64,000 nt of DNA from positions 1 through 64,000 of the IMG/VR virus record IMGVR_UViG_3300030098_004740. One strand, written 5' to 3'. Position numbers and translations under genes: made by a program. The number at the start of each line of letters is the position of its first letter. The first letter of the stretch is position 1. Below are positions 1 to 9,335 of this stretch, piece by piece. This stretch comes from a virus. Under the pieces are notes generated by a model. The model saw nothing but the letters and a program-made list of their open reading frames with translations, searched no databases and was not told where the DNA came from.

Positions 1-1
1 T

Positions 2-523
2 GAGTTAGTTGGATATTTTATTGCAAGTTCTGGCGAGGCTTCCAATAAATTTACAGCCAATATGGATGATTTATTTTGCTTAGACTATTTATTAGGCTGT
101 TCTATCGGTAGGCTTATTTATCTTAAATATGATTATGAAGACATAGACAATGATTTATACGGGGCGGCTGGAGAACGGGTGGATTACGAACAAAAACTAC
201 CCACAATAACAGAGGTAGAAAATAAAGTGTCTTTGGTAGAAAACTGGGAATACAAAACAATAGAATACAAACAATTTATTGAAGATGAAGTTTATAGACA
301 TCAAACACTAACTGACATTGGTCTTAGTAATAACTTAAGCCAATTAGAAGTCGATAGTATAGTTGCTGAGTACAATGATGAGTTCATAGCTGATTTTGTC
401 CAGTCTATGTTTATAGATTCAGACCTCCCAGAGGTTCTAGAAAAGAAATGCGATGGCAGTGGATATAAAACATACGAAGACATGAGGGTTCCTTGCGATG
501 GCTGCCCAAACTGCCAAAATTAA
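2..523 (+). CDS. Hypothetical acidic protein, probably 5'-truncated by the window; C-terminal Cys cluster (possible Zn finger)
   Basis: Frame is open from base 2 (ELVGYFIASSG...) into the listed 62..523 ORF; ends in KKCDGSGY...VPCDGCPNC. Confidence 0.6.
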   Translation, partial: ELVGYFIASSGEASNKFTANMDDLFCLDYLLGCSIGRLIYLKYDYEDIDNDLYGAAGERVDYEQKLPTITEVENKVSLVENWEYKTIEYKQFIEDEVYRHQTLTDIGLSNNLSQLEVDSIVAEYNDEFIADFVQSMFIDSDLPEVLEKKCDGSGYKTYEDMRVPCDGCPNCQN

Positions 524-1301
524 TCTAGAGAGGTTAGAGGTACACGCTACGAATTCATGCAACTTGTCATGTCAAGGATGTAGCCATTACACAAACGTCT
601 TAAAAGGCGGAGCCATAACTCCTGAAAAATTAAAGCAAGATTTAACTCCTTGGTCTAAATACTTAGACATTACAAATTTTGCTATCTTAGGAGGAGAACC
701 TCTCCTCAATAAAAAACTGCCAGAGTTGCTAGACATATCTAGAAAGATACTGCCTCAGTCCAACCTTTCTATTACTACAAACGCTTTGCTTATAAACAAT
801 GTAGAACAAGAAAAGCTCTTGAATAGTTTATTAAAGAATAAAGTTCTTGTAAGAGTTTCTATACACTCAGTAAAAAAAGAATACATTTCAAAAATAGATC
901 CTTGCATAAAAACTCTAAAAAAATGGCAAGCTCTCGGTCTTAACTTGAGAATAGAAGACTATGTTAGCGATTGGTCTAGCAGATACATTGAAGGAGATTT
1001 GATAGAACCTTACGAAGATAACAACCCACAAGAAAGCTGGAACATATGCAGATCAAAGTTTTGCACGATACTTCTCGATGGGTATATACACAAGTGTGCA
1101 GCTATTGCTTTCCTACCCTTGATGAAAAAGGAAGGTAAAACATCACCAAAATTTGACGAATACCTAAAATACAAGCCTATTCATTATTCTGACAGTTTAG
1201 AAAATATGGCTAATTTTTTTCAAACAAACTCAAAGCCAGAATCAATTTGTAATATGTGTCCAAGCAAAATCATAAAAGTCAGGAATAAGTCAATTGGATA
1301 A
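498..1301 (+). CDS. Radical SAM protein with C-terminal Cys-containing (twitch/SPASM-like) region
   Basis: CNLSCQGC (CxxxCxxC), ILGGEPLL, ITTNA; later C...HKC...CNMC. Confidence 0.9.
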   Translation: MAAQTAKINLERLEVHATNSCNLSCQGCSHYTNVLKGGAITPEKLKQDLTPWSKYLDITNFAILGGEPLLNKKLPELLDISRKILPQSNLSITTNALLINNVEQEKLLNSLLKNKVLVRVSIHSVKKEYISKIDPCIKTLKKWQALGLNLRIEDYVSDWSSRYIEGDLIEPYEDNNPQESWNICRSKFCTILLDGYIHKCAAIAFLPLMKKEGKTSPKFDEYLKYKPIHYSDSLENMANFFQTNSKPESICNMCPSKIIKVRNKSIG

Positions 1302-1974
1302 AGTAGAAATTTCTAAGTTACTTAACGGGTTTTATGGCTATCCTAAAACATTTGTATGCACTTCGTTGCTCGCTTACAAAGAAGCACCATTAGAAGATAA
1401 ATACTACTTTATAAAAACACCCGAAGGCTCAAGGTCTAATACTATTTCCTTTTGCAAAGGGGAACAATTGCTTATAGACAGAGGAAGTCTTAGAAATTTT
1501 CCAGTAATAATACAAGAAGAAATTTCTCCTAAATTGGACGATGGGTATAAAGTTGATTACAGAGTTTGGTGTTTAGTAGTCAATAAAAAACCATATCTAT
1601 ATAAAAAATGCATGGTCAAAAAATGCGATTCTAAGTTTTCTAGGCAAGACCCAGAAGGATTATTTACCAATGGTCTTAAAAATGGCAGAACCACCACTTT
1701 AATTAATACACCAAAAGATTTTGACCCTTTAGTATTTGATTCTTTTAACTTGATAAAACATAAAGTCCCAAACCAATCAGTTCTTGGTTATGATATTATT
1801 TTTGACAAAGATGGTAAATGCTGGATATTAGAGATAGAAGTTAGAGGATTCGGTTCGTTTAATAGCATAGCTCTTAACAATAGGTTTGACGAAAATTTTG
1901 ATAAAAAAATAAACAGAGAATTACTAATGTTGTCGAAAGGACTATCATCTGATGAATTTCGTGATATTAGCTAG
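1294..1974 (+). CDS. ATP-grasp ligase, tubulin-tyrosine-ligase/YheCD-like
   Basis: FIKTPEGSRS, IIQEEI..DGYKVDYRVWCLV, LFTN, GYDIIFDKDGKCWILEIE resemble TTL-family ATP-grasp motifs; TTG start. Confidence 0.7.
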   Translation: MDKVEISKLLNGFYGYPKTFVCTSLLAYKEAPLEDKYYFIKTPEGSRSNTISFCKGEQLLIDRGSLRNFPVIIQEEISPKLDDGYKVDYRVWCLVVNKKPYLYKKCMVKKCDSKFSRQDPEGLFTNGLKNGRTTTLINTPKDFDPLVFDSFNLIKHKVPNQSVLGYDIIFDKDGKCWILEIEVRGFGSFNSIALNNRFDENFDKKINRELLMLSKGLSSDEFRDIS

Positions 1975-2659
1975 ACTCAAAACAGGCACAACATTTCTAG
2001 GAAGAGTATTGGATTGTGTTACAAAAGGTCAGTTCAAAAAAATAGACATGGACTACAAGGACTTTAAGAGGATATATATTAACAAGAAACATATTATATA
2101 CCTCTTTGCGCATCCAGCTATACCAGCGAATAAGCTTGGTAAGTTCGACAAGAAAATAGTATTTACCAGAGATGTAAGAGATATGCTTGTAAGCTATTAC
2201 TTTCATCTGAAATACAGAAGAGACATATCCAAAAGAACCCTACAGAAGATACCAGAAGGTATGACAATTGATGAGTTCTGCTTAAGGTATTTAAATGAAG
2301 TCATTGATGATTTTCATATTAAGCACGACTCTTGTTACGACCTCTTGATAAGATACGAGGATTTGTATAGCGGTGACATTCAAAAACTTATTGATTACCT
2401 GCCAATAGACTGTGATCGGGATAAAGTCAGTGATTGCATCCTACTAAATAATTTTGATAATATGAGAAATATAGAACTTGAGGGAAACGACAAGGGCGAG
2501 TTAAGAAAAGCCAACTCAAATCATAAGGAGTCTTTTAAAGTTCGGAGAGGAAAAATTGGCGGATTTGTAGATTACTTAAGTCAAGATACAGTAGAGAAAA
2601 TGAACAAAATAATAAAGGATAGGCAAAAAGAAACAAGCGTGCCTATAACATATAAATGA
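1952..2659 (+). CDS. PAPS-dependent sulfotransferase
   Basis: 5'-PSB loop LKTGTTFL, 3'-PB RDVRDMLVSYY, RYEDL, C-terminal RRGKIGGFVDYLS. Confidence 0.9.
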   Translation: MNFVILARLKTGTTFLGRVLDCVTKGQFKKIDMDYKDFKRIYINKKHIIYLFAHPAIPANKLGKFDKKIVFTRDVRDMLVSYYFHLKYRRDISKRTLQKIPEGMTIDEFCLRYLNEVIDDFHIKHDSCYDLLIRYEDLYSGDIQKLIDYLPIDCDRDKVSDCILLNNFDNMRNIELEGNDKGELRKANSNHKESFKVRRGKIGGFVDYLSQDTVEKMNKIIKDRQKETSVPITYK

Positions 2660-3435
2660 TAACACTAGGAGGAACAGTAAAAAACGAAGCTAAGTACATA
2701 AAAGAGTGGCTTACACATTATCACCTTTTAGGAGTTGACAGGTTTATCATTAATTTAGACAGATGTACTGATGATACTCATAAAAAGATATTAGACCTAC
2801 CGTTTAATGTAAAGATGATAACGCATAAAGATAAAGATTGTTCAGGGCAGTGTTTTCAAAATTCGATATACTATAAAATCTCTAGAATATGTACTACAGA
2901 ATGGCTAATCCTTCTAGATGTCGATGAGTTTCTATTATTGCCAAATCATACACTAAAAGAATTTTTGTCTTTGAAAAGGTTTTCTGATGTTGGAGCAATT
3001 TCTATTTGTCAGAACATATTTGGAAGCTCTGGTCATACTACATCCCCTAACGGTTTAGTAGTAGATAGCTACACGCTAAGAAACCCAGATGATATAAAAA
3101 TTGATAATATTTATCCTCTACATCAACATCCTTCAGACTTACTTAAAATGACAAAGCCTATATTTAGGAATGAATGCTTGCAGTCAATAAAAAATGCTCA
3201 CGATTTCAAATTTAGCAAGCCTACCGTGTATGAAGACGGCAAAATTTTTGCTAGGTATAAATGCAGAAGAACTACAAAAGATATTGTAATAAACCATTAC
3301 TTCACCAAGAGTTTGGAAGATTGGGAAGAAAAGACAGGCAGACCAAGAATAAGTGGATCTCCCAAATATAAAAAACAATGGTTTGATTATTTTAATTCAT
3401 TTAACTATTTCGACAGTAGACTAAAACATGAATGA
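2656..3435 (+). CDS. Glycosyltransferase, GT2/GT92-like (GT-A)
   Basis: VKNEAKYIKEWLTHY..LGVDRF, WLILLDVDEFL, INHYFTKSLEDW. Confidence 0.85.
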   Translation: MITLGGTVKNEAKYIKEWLTHYHLLGVDRFIINLDRCTDDTHKKILDLPFNVKMITHKDKDCSGQCFQNSIYYKISRICTTEWLILLDVDEFLLLPNHTLKEFLSLKRFSDVGAISICQNIFGSSGHTTSPNGLVVDSYTLRNPDDIKIDNIYPLHQHPSDLLKMTKPIFRNECLQSIKNAHDFKFSKPTVYEDGKIFARYKCRRTTKDIVINHYFTKSLEDWEEKTGRPRISGSPKYKKQWFDYFNSFNYFDSRLKHE

Positions 3436-4432
3436 TATACGAATAGCCGTTTCTCTGTCTGGAATGCCAAGAAACTTTGAGCAATGTTATCAAAATACTC
3501 TTGAGTTTTTTAATATAGATAATGCTCAGGTTGATTTTTTTATACACTGTTGGTCTAACCATTGGTATCCAAAAAGAACAGAGTCTAAACACAACAATTC
3601 AAAAACTGGTAAGTTATTAAAAGAAGAGACATTAAAAAAATCTCTAATAAAAATATACAAACCTAAACACATCACAGTAGAAAACCAGCTACTAAATATA
3701 GACCTTATCAATACCACTAAGTTTATTAGGGATAATTTGCTTAGAAAAACTTCTAAGTCTAGGTTAACAAAATGGATGATTAAAATTTTAGAGTCTAATG
3801 ATACTGATAAATTTCTTTCATCACCATTTCACTTAGCTCAAGTTTATTCAATTTCTAGAACAGCAAATATTATATCTAAATACGAACAAGACTATGACTT
3901 AGTAGTAAGGTACAGATTTGACAACTATATTGAATTAAGAGACAAACCATGGCGAACTAAAATGTTTCACGACATGGTGAATTTAATTAAGCATGCTGAA
4001 CATAGGAGCTTAAGGGCCAAAAAATTTCACAGGGATTATTTATTTGTTTCATGGCTTACGGCTATGGGTGAATGTGGCTTTGCGAGAAATACAACTTGGA
4101 TTGGAGATAAGATATTTGCTTGCAGTAAAAATAAATTTGCAGATTTTTCTAAGTATTTTCAATCTCAAATTAACAGAATAATAACGTATGACCGAGTTAG
4201 ATGCAAAAATGAAGATGCTACTTTTTTTATGCCAGAACAAACTTTGTATAGCATGTGTTTGAACAATTCATTTTTTGCTCATAGTAAAGGCTATTTAAAC
4301 AAACTTAGTTTATTGTCCTATAGAGATTACCATTTGGAATTAGAGCAAACTTTTGAAGCTTTACAGCAAGAGTATATAAAAAGAGAAAAAATGAACCATG
4401 ATTCGGCAGAGGGTATTGTGTTAGGTTTATGA
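3428..4432 (+). CDS. Hypothetical protein, probably glycosyltransferase-like
   Basis: RIAVSLSGMPR..VDFFIHCW and YDLVVRYRFD pattern seen in viral glycan clusters; context. Confidence 0.5.
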   Translation: MNDIRIAVSLSGMPRNFEQCYQNTLEFFNIDNAQVDFFIHCWSNHWYPKRTESKHNNSKTGKLLKEETLKKSLIKIYKPKHITVENQLLNIDLINTTKFIRDNLLRKTSKSRLTKWMIKILESNDTDKFLSSPFHLAQVYSISRTANIISKYEQDYDLVVRYRFDNYIELRDKPWRTKMFHDMVNLIKHAEHRSLRAKKFHRDYLFVSWLTAMGECGFARNTTWIGDKIFACSKNKFADFSKYFQSQINRIITYDRVRCKNEDATFFMPEQTLYSMCLNNSFFAHSKGYLNKLSLLSYRDYHLELEQTFEALQQEYIKREKMNHDSAEGIVLGL

Positions 4433-4863
4433 GTAAAAAAATATATATAGGCGGAACTTTTGATCTATTTCATTATGGACATGTCAATGTATTTAAGAGT
4501 TTGAAATATTATCTTAAAGGAGAAACTTCACAAGTAATAGTCGCAGTAAATAGCGACGAATTTGCTGAATCATACAAAAGAAAACCAGTGATGAATCAAT
4601 ACGAAAGACTGGCTGTAGTAAATTCATGCAAGTATGTAGACTATGGATTTATTATGGATATTTATGAAAATCAACCATTCTTCATTGAGGAAAACAATCC
4701 AGATTACATTGTTATGGGAACTGACTGGCAAGAAAGAGACTATCTTAGCCAATTGTGTATCGACCAAAAATTTTTAGAGAGAATATCAGCTGAAATATTA
4801 TTTGTTCCTTATACAGAAGATATTTCTACCACAAAGATAATTAAAAGGATAAAAGCTAGCTAG
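4429..4863 (+). CDS. Cytidylyltransferase (TagD/RfaE-like HxGH family)
   Basis: GGTFDLFHYGH, AVNSDEF, KRKPVM..ER, GTDW, ISTTKII. Confidence 0.92.
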   Translation: MSKKIYIGGTFDLFHYGHVNVFKSLKYYLKGETSQVIVAVNSDEFAESYKRKPVMNQYERLAVVNSCKYVDYGFIMDIYENQPFFIEENNPDYIVMGTDWQERDYLSQLCIDQKFLERISAEILFVPYTEDISTTKIIKRIKAS

Positions 4864-4869
4864 TATTTA

Positions 4870-4884
4870 GTGTATATATATTAT
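4870..4884 (+). promoter_or_regulatory. Putative phage late-promoter motif GTGTATA(T)ATA
   Basis: In the intergenic gap before the structural operon; similar to motifs at 12097 and 47731. Confidence 0.45.
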
Positions 4885-4931
4885 ATGGAAGGGTTGTCGG
4901 ATTAATTAAACGTTGTAAATAAGGTGGTGTT

Positions 4932-6287
4932 ATGCTTGGTTTTGGTGCCATAAGTGAGTTACCTCTCTCAACAATACCAGAGGTAAGTGCAGACACACAT
5001 CTTGGATCTTCCGCCCTAAGCGCAACTGGTTCTGTCTCTGGCTCTGCCGTAGTGCAGATATCTGGCAAATCTACACTTTCCGCTTCTGCTTCCACCACAG
5101 AAGTTGGACATCTTCAAATAGCAGCCGCTAGTTTAGTGACTAGCACAGGTTCTGCTCCTTCTACTGGTTTTGTTGAGATAGGAGGAGTTTCTTCTACAAG
5201 TAGTTCTGCCTCTGTTTCTTCAGACGCTTTTTTAGAAGGTTCTTGCGTATCTTCTCTATCTGGCAACTGTTCTGTCTCCTCTTCAGCTATAGTAACTAAG
5301 GCTGGAGTCTCTTCCTTGAGTAGCTCTGCTGCCTTGACCGCAGGAGCATTCATCAGTAAGTTAGGAAGCTCTACTCTTGCTAATACCGCATCTGTAAGTG
5401 CCAGCTCCGTTGCTGAAGTTGCTGCATTTAGTAGTTTATCTGCTTCTGGTAGCTTATCAGTAGCTCCATCATTAACACTCAAGGCTGTTTCTTTGCATTC
5501 TGGTCCGTCAGTAGTTTCTGCTGTTGGCCATATTGAGATAGGTGGTGTTTCCTCTATATCTTCTTCTGGTTCTACTCTTAACGTTGGCATAAACGTAATA
5601 GGAGGTAAAAGTTCTATTACCTCTTCTTCTACTACTAGTGGAACAGTAGTAGGAACATTTTCGCAATCTTCTACTCTTGCGTCGAGTGCTAGCAACCAAA
5701 GTAAAGGTTCATTACAGATACACTTTAGTTCCAGCCTATCTTCCTCAGCTACTTCTTCTCAGGTTGGAGAAGTAACTAAATTAGGACAGGCTCAAATTAG
5801 CACTGTTGGTGCTTTTACTCAAGCTTTCACTAAAGGTTTGACATCTGGCTCAAGCTTGGTAGGAAAACCATTTATAGCACAGAACCATTTAGAAGCCAAA
5901 GCAACAATAAATGCACACGCAGAAAATAACACTTTCAATCAAGCATCTCTGCACGCAAAAGCTACTTTTATAACCGAAGTATGCAGATTCCAAAGTACGG
6001 CATCTTTGACTGGAAATAGTGTATTATTACATGGGGGAGCTGCTAGTTTATTACCAAATGCGACAATTACACCTGTAATGTCGTCCGAGACTGAAAACCC
6101 AGATATTTTTAATATCATAGGTTATATAGATAAAACTAGAAGCTTTACACTCTATATAGACAGGCAAGTTCCTATAACCTCTTACATTGATAAAGAGTTA
6201 GCAATGTCTCTTTATATAGACAAAAGCAAGAATACAACCTCCTACATAGACAAGATAGTAGAAAAAACACTTGTTAGAGAAAGATAA
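4932..6287 (+). CDS. Ser-rich repetitive virion fibre/decoration protein
   Basis: About 13-14 tandem 20-aa Ser/Ala/Gly-rich repeats; five 10-aa YID(K/R) repeats at the C-terminus; first gene of the structural operon. Confidence 0.6.
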   Translation: MLGFGAISELPLSTIPEVSADTHLGSSALSATGSVSGSAVVQISGKSTLSASASTTEVGHLQIAAASLVTSTGSAPSTGFVEIGGVSSTSSSASVSSDAFLEGSCVSSLSGNCSVSSSAIVTKAGVSSLSSSAALTAGAFISKLGSSTLANTASVSASSVAEVAAFSSLSASGSLSVAPSLTLKAVSLHSGPSVVSAVGHIEIGGVSSISSSGSTLNVGINVIGGKSSITSSSTTSGTVVGTFSQSSTLASSASNQSKGSLQIHFSSSLSSSATSSQVGEVTKLGQAQISTVGAFTQAFTKGLTSGSSLVGKPFIAQNHLEAKATINAHAENNTFNQASLHAKATFITEVCRFQSTASLTGNSVLLHGGAASLLPNATITPVMSSETENPDIFNIIGYIDKTRSFTLYIDRQVPITSYIDKELAMSLYIDKSKNTTSYIDKIVEKTLVRER

Positions 6288-6289
6288 AA

Positions 6290-6598
6290 ATGGCAGCTAA
6301 TGAAATTCACGTAAATGACGTTGGAACTCAGTTTCTAGTTACTGTCACAGACGGTTCTAGTGCTGTTGATATATCTAGCGCAACAACAAAAGAATTAATA
6401 ATAAAAAAACCTTCTGGAACTAAATTAACCAAAGCTACAGCTTTTAGTACTGATGGAACAGACGGAAAAATGAAATACAACATAAGCTCAGACGATTTAG
6501 ACGAAGCAGGTAGTTATAAACTCCAAGGTAAGGTAGTGATATCAGATGGAACTTTTTATACGGATATACACACATTTAAAGTTCATAGAAACCTATAG
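6290..6598 (+). CDS. Small virion protein, BppU N-terminal-like beta domain
   Basis: NDVGTQFLVTV..VDISSAT..KKPSG..DG..Y..DLDEAGSY.LQ pattern. Confidence 0.6.
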   Translation: MAANEIHVNDVGTQFLVTVTDGSSAVDISSATTKELIIKKPSGTKLTKATAFSTDGTDGKMKYNISSDDLDEAGSYKLQGKVVISDGTFYTDIHTFKVHRNL

Positions 6599-6607
6599 GA
6601 GACGAAC

Positions 6608-7117
6608 ATGGCTTGGCAAAATGAAATGGCGTTAATCGTTCGTCATCTAGTTAATGATTTAGATTCCAGCAGTTATACTTTTACAGATTCCAGAATAGAA
6701 GAATCTGTTTTAGTTTCTGCACAGTTGGCAGCATTAGAAGTAGACTTTGAAAATACTTATGCTATTGAAGTAGATTCACTTAGTCTTTCTCCAGACCCAA
6801 CAGATTCAACTAATAAAGATGACTCTTTCATTAATATAGTTTGTTTGAAGACAGCTCAGATGTTATTAGGAAGTGAATTAAAAACACACTCTCTCAATGC
6901 TATTTCTTTAAGAGATGGGCCTTCAGCTCTTGATCTCAGAGGCATAGTCACTGGTCTGAAAATACTATTTGATGACACTAATAAAAAATACGAAGAAGCA
7001 AAAATGCAGTATAAGCTCAATGGAGTTGTTGGTCAGGCTATTCTTGGTCCTTATTCTCCGGGTAGTGACGCTGTTGCAAGAACTCACTTATCACAAAGAT
7101 CAGGATGGTTTGAATAA
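6608..7117 (+). CDS. Putative head-tail adaptor/connector
   Basis: VRHLVND..YTFTDSRI helical adaptor-like start; position in operon. Confidence 0.55.
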   Translation: MAWQNEMALIVRHLVNDLDSSSYTFTDSRIEESVLVSAQLAALEVDFENTYAIEVDSLSLSPDPTDSTNKDDSFINIVCLKTAQMLLGSELKTHSLNAISLRDGPSALDLRGIVTGLKILFDDTNKKYEEAKMQYKLNGVVGQAILGPYSPGSDAVARTHLSQRSGWFE

Positions 7118-9321
7118 TGGCAGAATATAAAAAGTCAGATCTAAGAACTAAGATAGAAACAGATCTAGCTGACAATGACAGAGGTTCGATAACAGCAAAA
7201 ACTATCAGAAACTCAATGCTTCACATCGTGGATTCTATTGAGCCTATTGTTGCTAGTGGAACCGATGCTTATTTTAGATATGCTTTAGATATAAAAGACA
7301 GTGGTGTTACCCTTGCAAACACCTCGTTAAATAAAATCAATTCTCATTGGGATGATGAAGTAGTATCTAGTATAGAGTTTGTTTCTGGTAACGACACGAC
7401 TTATAAAGAAGATGGTGGAATTGACTTTTATACTTCTAGCTCTGGTATTTCTCTTGCTGGTGTTGGAAGACAAAAAAGACTATCTATTAAGCCTGAAGGA
7501 CAATTACACGTTTATGCTAGCGGTGTTAATCCTCCATTAAGAATAGATAGAGCGCATCCTTCTTCTGGCGTAGCGATATTTACGCATAATACGCCAAATA
7601 ATCTGGCTTCTACTAGTGGAATAAGTATTGGTATTGGCCACTTTGACACTCGAACAAGGTATTTCCAAAAAAGAATAGTTGTTGATAAAGATGGAAATAC
7701 TGGACTTGGAATTGATGCACCTTTAGAGCCTATGCACATTAGGGCATCTGGCCACGCTCTCCGTCTGGACTTAGAACACGCTTCTAGCAACAGTGCGGAT
7801 ATTATTGTTTCTAAATATAAAGGTGCTGAGGCTAAAACGCAGGATAATCTATTGTCTAGTTTTGGTTTAGGTATTGATACAAACGCTAGTGGTGTTGGTA
7901 GATTTTTTGTTGGTTTTGATAGTAATCGAGATGGTGTAGTAAACTTCTCTGAAAATGTGTTTGTTGTAGCTAGTGGTGGAAACGCTTCTTTTGGTTCTTC
8001 TTATCCAAAAGAAAATCTTGTTGTTGGCGATGACATCGGAAAGCAAACATCTTCTGATGATGATACAGCTTTAGTTGTTGGTTCTCTTGGTGGCGACTCG
8101 AAGCTATTCATAGGTTCTGGTAACTCTACCGCAAACTTGTCTCCTTATGGAGTAGCCGCTTGGGACAAGACTAATAAACAGCTTTCTTTTGAAACTAGAT
8201 CTTCTCAGATAACTAGACAAAAACAGTTAGTTCTTGATTCTACTAATGGTTACGTTGGCTTTGCTGCTTCTGGAACAGCTCCAGACATCTGGAGACCATT
8301 GTTCAATGCTCATGTCTACGCAAGTGGCACTGCTAAAATTGGTATTGAAAACCCAATGACTAGTGAATCTGCTATTTATGTTGGTAGAGATACTGCTGGT
8401 AGTGGAGACTTTGCTATTGGAAATTGGTCTGCTTTTGGTTACAAGTCTGCTAGTAACATTCTTAAGATTAACAATGCTGGTAATTTGACTTCTAATCATT
8501 TGACAGTCGATACAAATGGTGTTGTCGGTATCAATACAGATAGTCCTTATAGTGGCTTCTCAAACGGCAACAATAAACTTCACGTTTATGGCAATGATTC
8601 TTCTTTGTTGGTTGGAGATCTTGCAACTTATTCAGCAATAAGATTACTTGGTTCTGTCAACGACAATACTAGTTATGTCCAAGCTGGAACTAGTGCTGCT
8701 GACACAGATGCAAAAATTGCAATATCCAGAATGGATACCGCGTCTACTAATGTTTCTGAATTTAAAGTCTATTCAGACAAGACGACTTATTACGGAAACA
8801 TTGCCCTTAATGATAAATGGGTGAGTAATGATGGTGGTGATGAAGGGATTAGAGTCACTGACGATGGAAAAGTAGGAATCAATGTAGCAGTTCCAACACA
8901 TGAATTGCAGCTTAGTAGCAACTCTGCTGGAAAACCAAGTAGTAGTTTGTGGTCTGTTGTTTCTGATGAAAGAGTCAAGAAAGATATTACTACTATTTCT
9001 GGAGCTTTGGATAAGATTGACTCTTTAAGACCAGTTAAATTTAAATATACTCAAGACTATGCAGATTGTCACCACTCTGGAAACATTGATAGCGAAACTG
9101 AATACTATAATTTTCTTGCTCAAGAAGTAGGAGATGTATTCCCCAATGCTGTAAGAGATACTGGTGTTGATGTTTGCGATATGATGACGGAAGAGATCTT
9201 AGTAGAAGATCTTAAAACTTTAGACTCACATATAATTAACGTTTACTTAGTTGCAGCAGTTCAGGAACTTAAAGCTGAGCTTGATGCGGCAAAAGCAAGA
9301 ATAACAGAATTAGAATCCTAA
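7117..9321 (+). CDS. Tail fibre with C-terminal peptidase S74 intramolecular chaperone
   Basis: Repeated G(N/K)VGI fibre motifs; SDERVKKDI..ALDKIDSLRPVKF..FLAQEV..LVAAVQEL plus coiled coil. Confidence 0.88.
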   Translation: MAEYKKSDLRTKIETDLADNDRGSITAKTIRNSMLHIVDSIEPIVASGTDAYFRYALDIKDSGVTLANTSLNKINSHWDDEVVSSIEFVSGNDTTYKEDGGIDFYTSSSGISLAGVGRQKRLSIKPEGQLHVYASGVNPPLRIDRAHPSSGVAIFTHNTPNNLASTSGISIGIGHFDTRTRYFQKRIVVDKDGNTGLGIDAPLEPMHIRASGHALRLDLEHASSNSADIIVSKYKGAEAKTQDNLLSSFGLGIDTNASGVGRFFVGFDSNRDGVVNFSENVFVVASGGNASFGSSYPKENLVVGDDIGKQTSSDDDTALVVGSLGGDSKLFIGSGNSTANLSPYGVAAWDKTNKQLSFETRSSQITRQKQLVLDSTNGYVGFAASGTAPDIWRPLFNAHVYASGTAKIGIENPMTSESAIYVGRDTAGSGDFAIGNWSAFGYKSASNILKINNAGNLTSNHLTVDTNGVVGINTDSPYSGFSNGNNKLHVYGNDSSLLVGDLATYSAIRLLGSVNDNTSYVQAGTSAADTDAKIAISRMDTASTNVSEFKVYSDKTTYYGNIALNDKWVSNDGGDEGIRVTDDGKVGINVAVPTHELQLSSNSAGKPSSSLWSVVSDERVKKDITTISGALDKIDSLRPVKFKYTQDYADCHHSGNIDSETEYYNFLAQEVGDVFPNAVRDTGVDVCDMMTEEILVEDLKTLDSHIINVYLVAAVQELKAELDAAKARITELES

Positions 9322-9335
9322 TAAGGAGATAAGAT

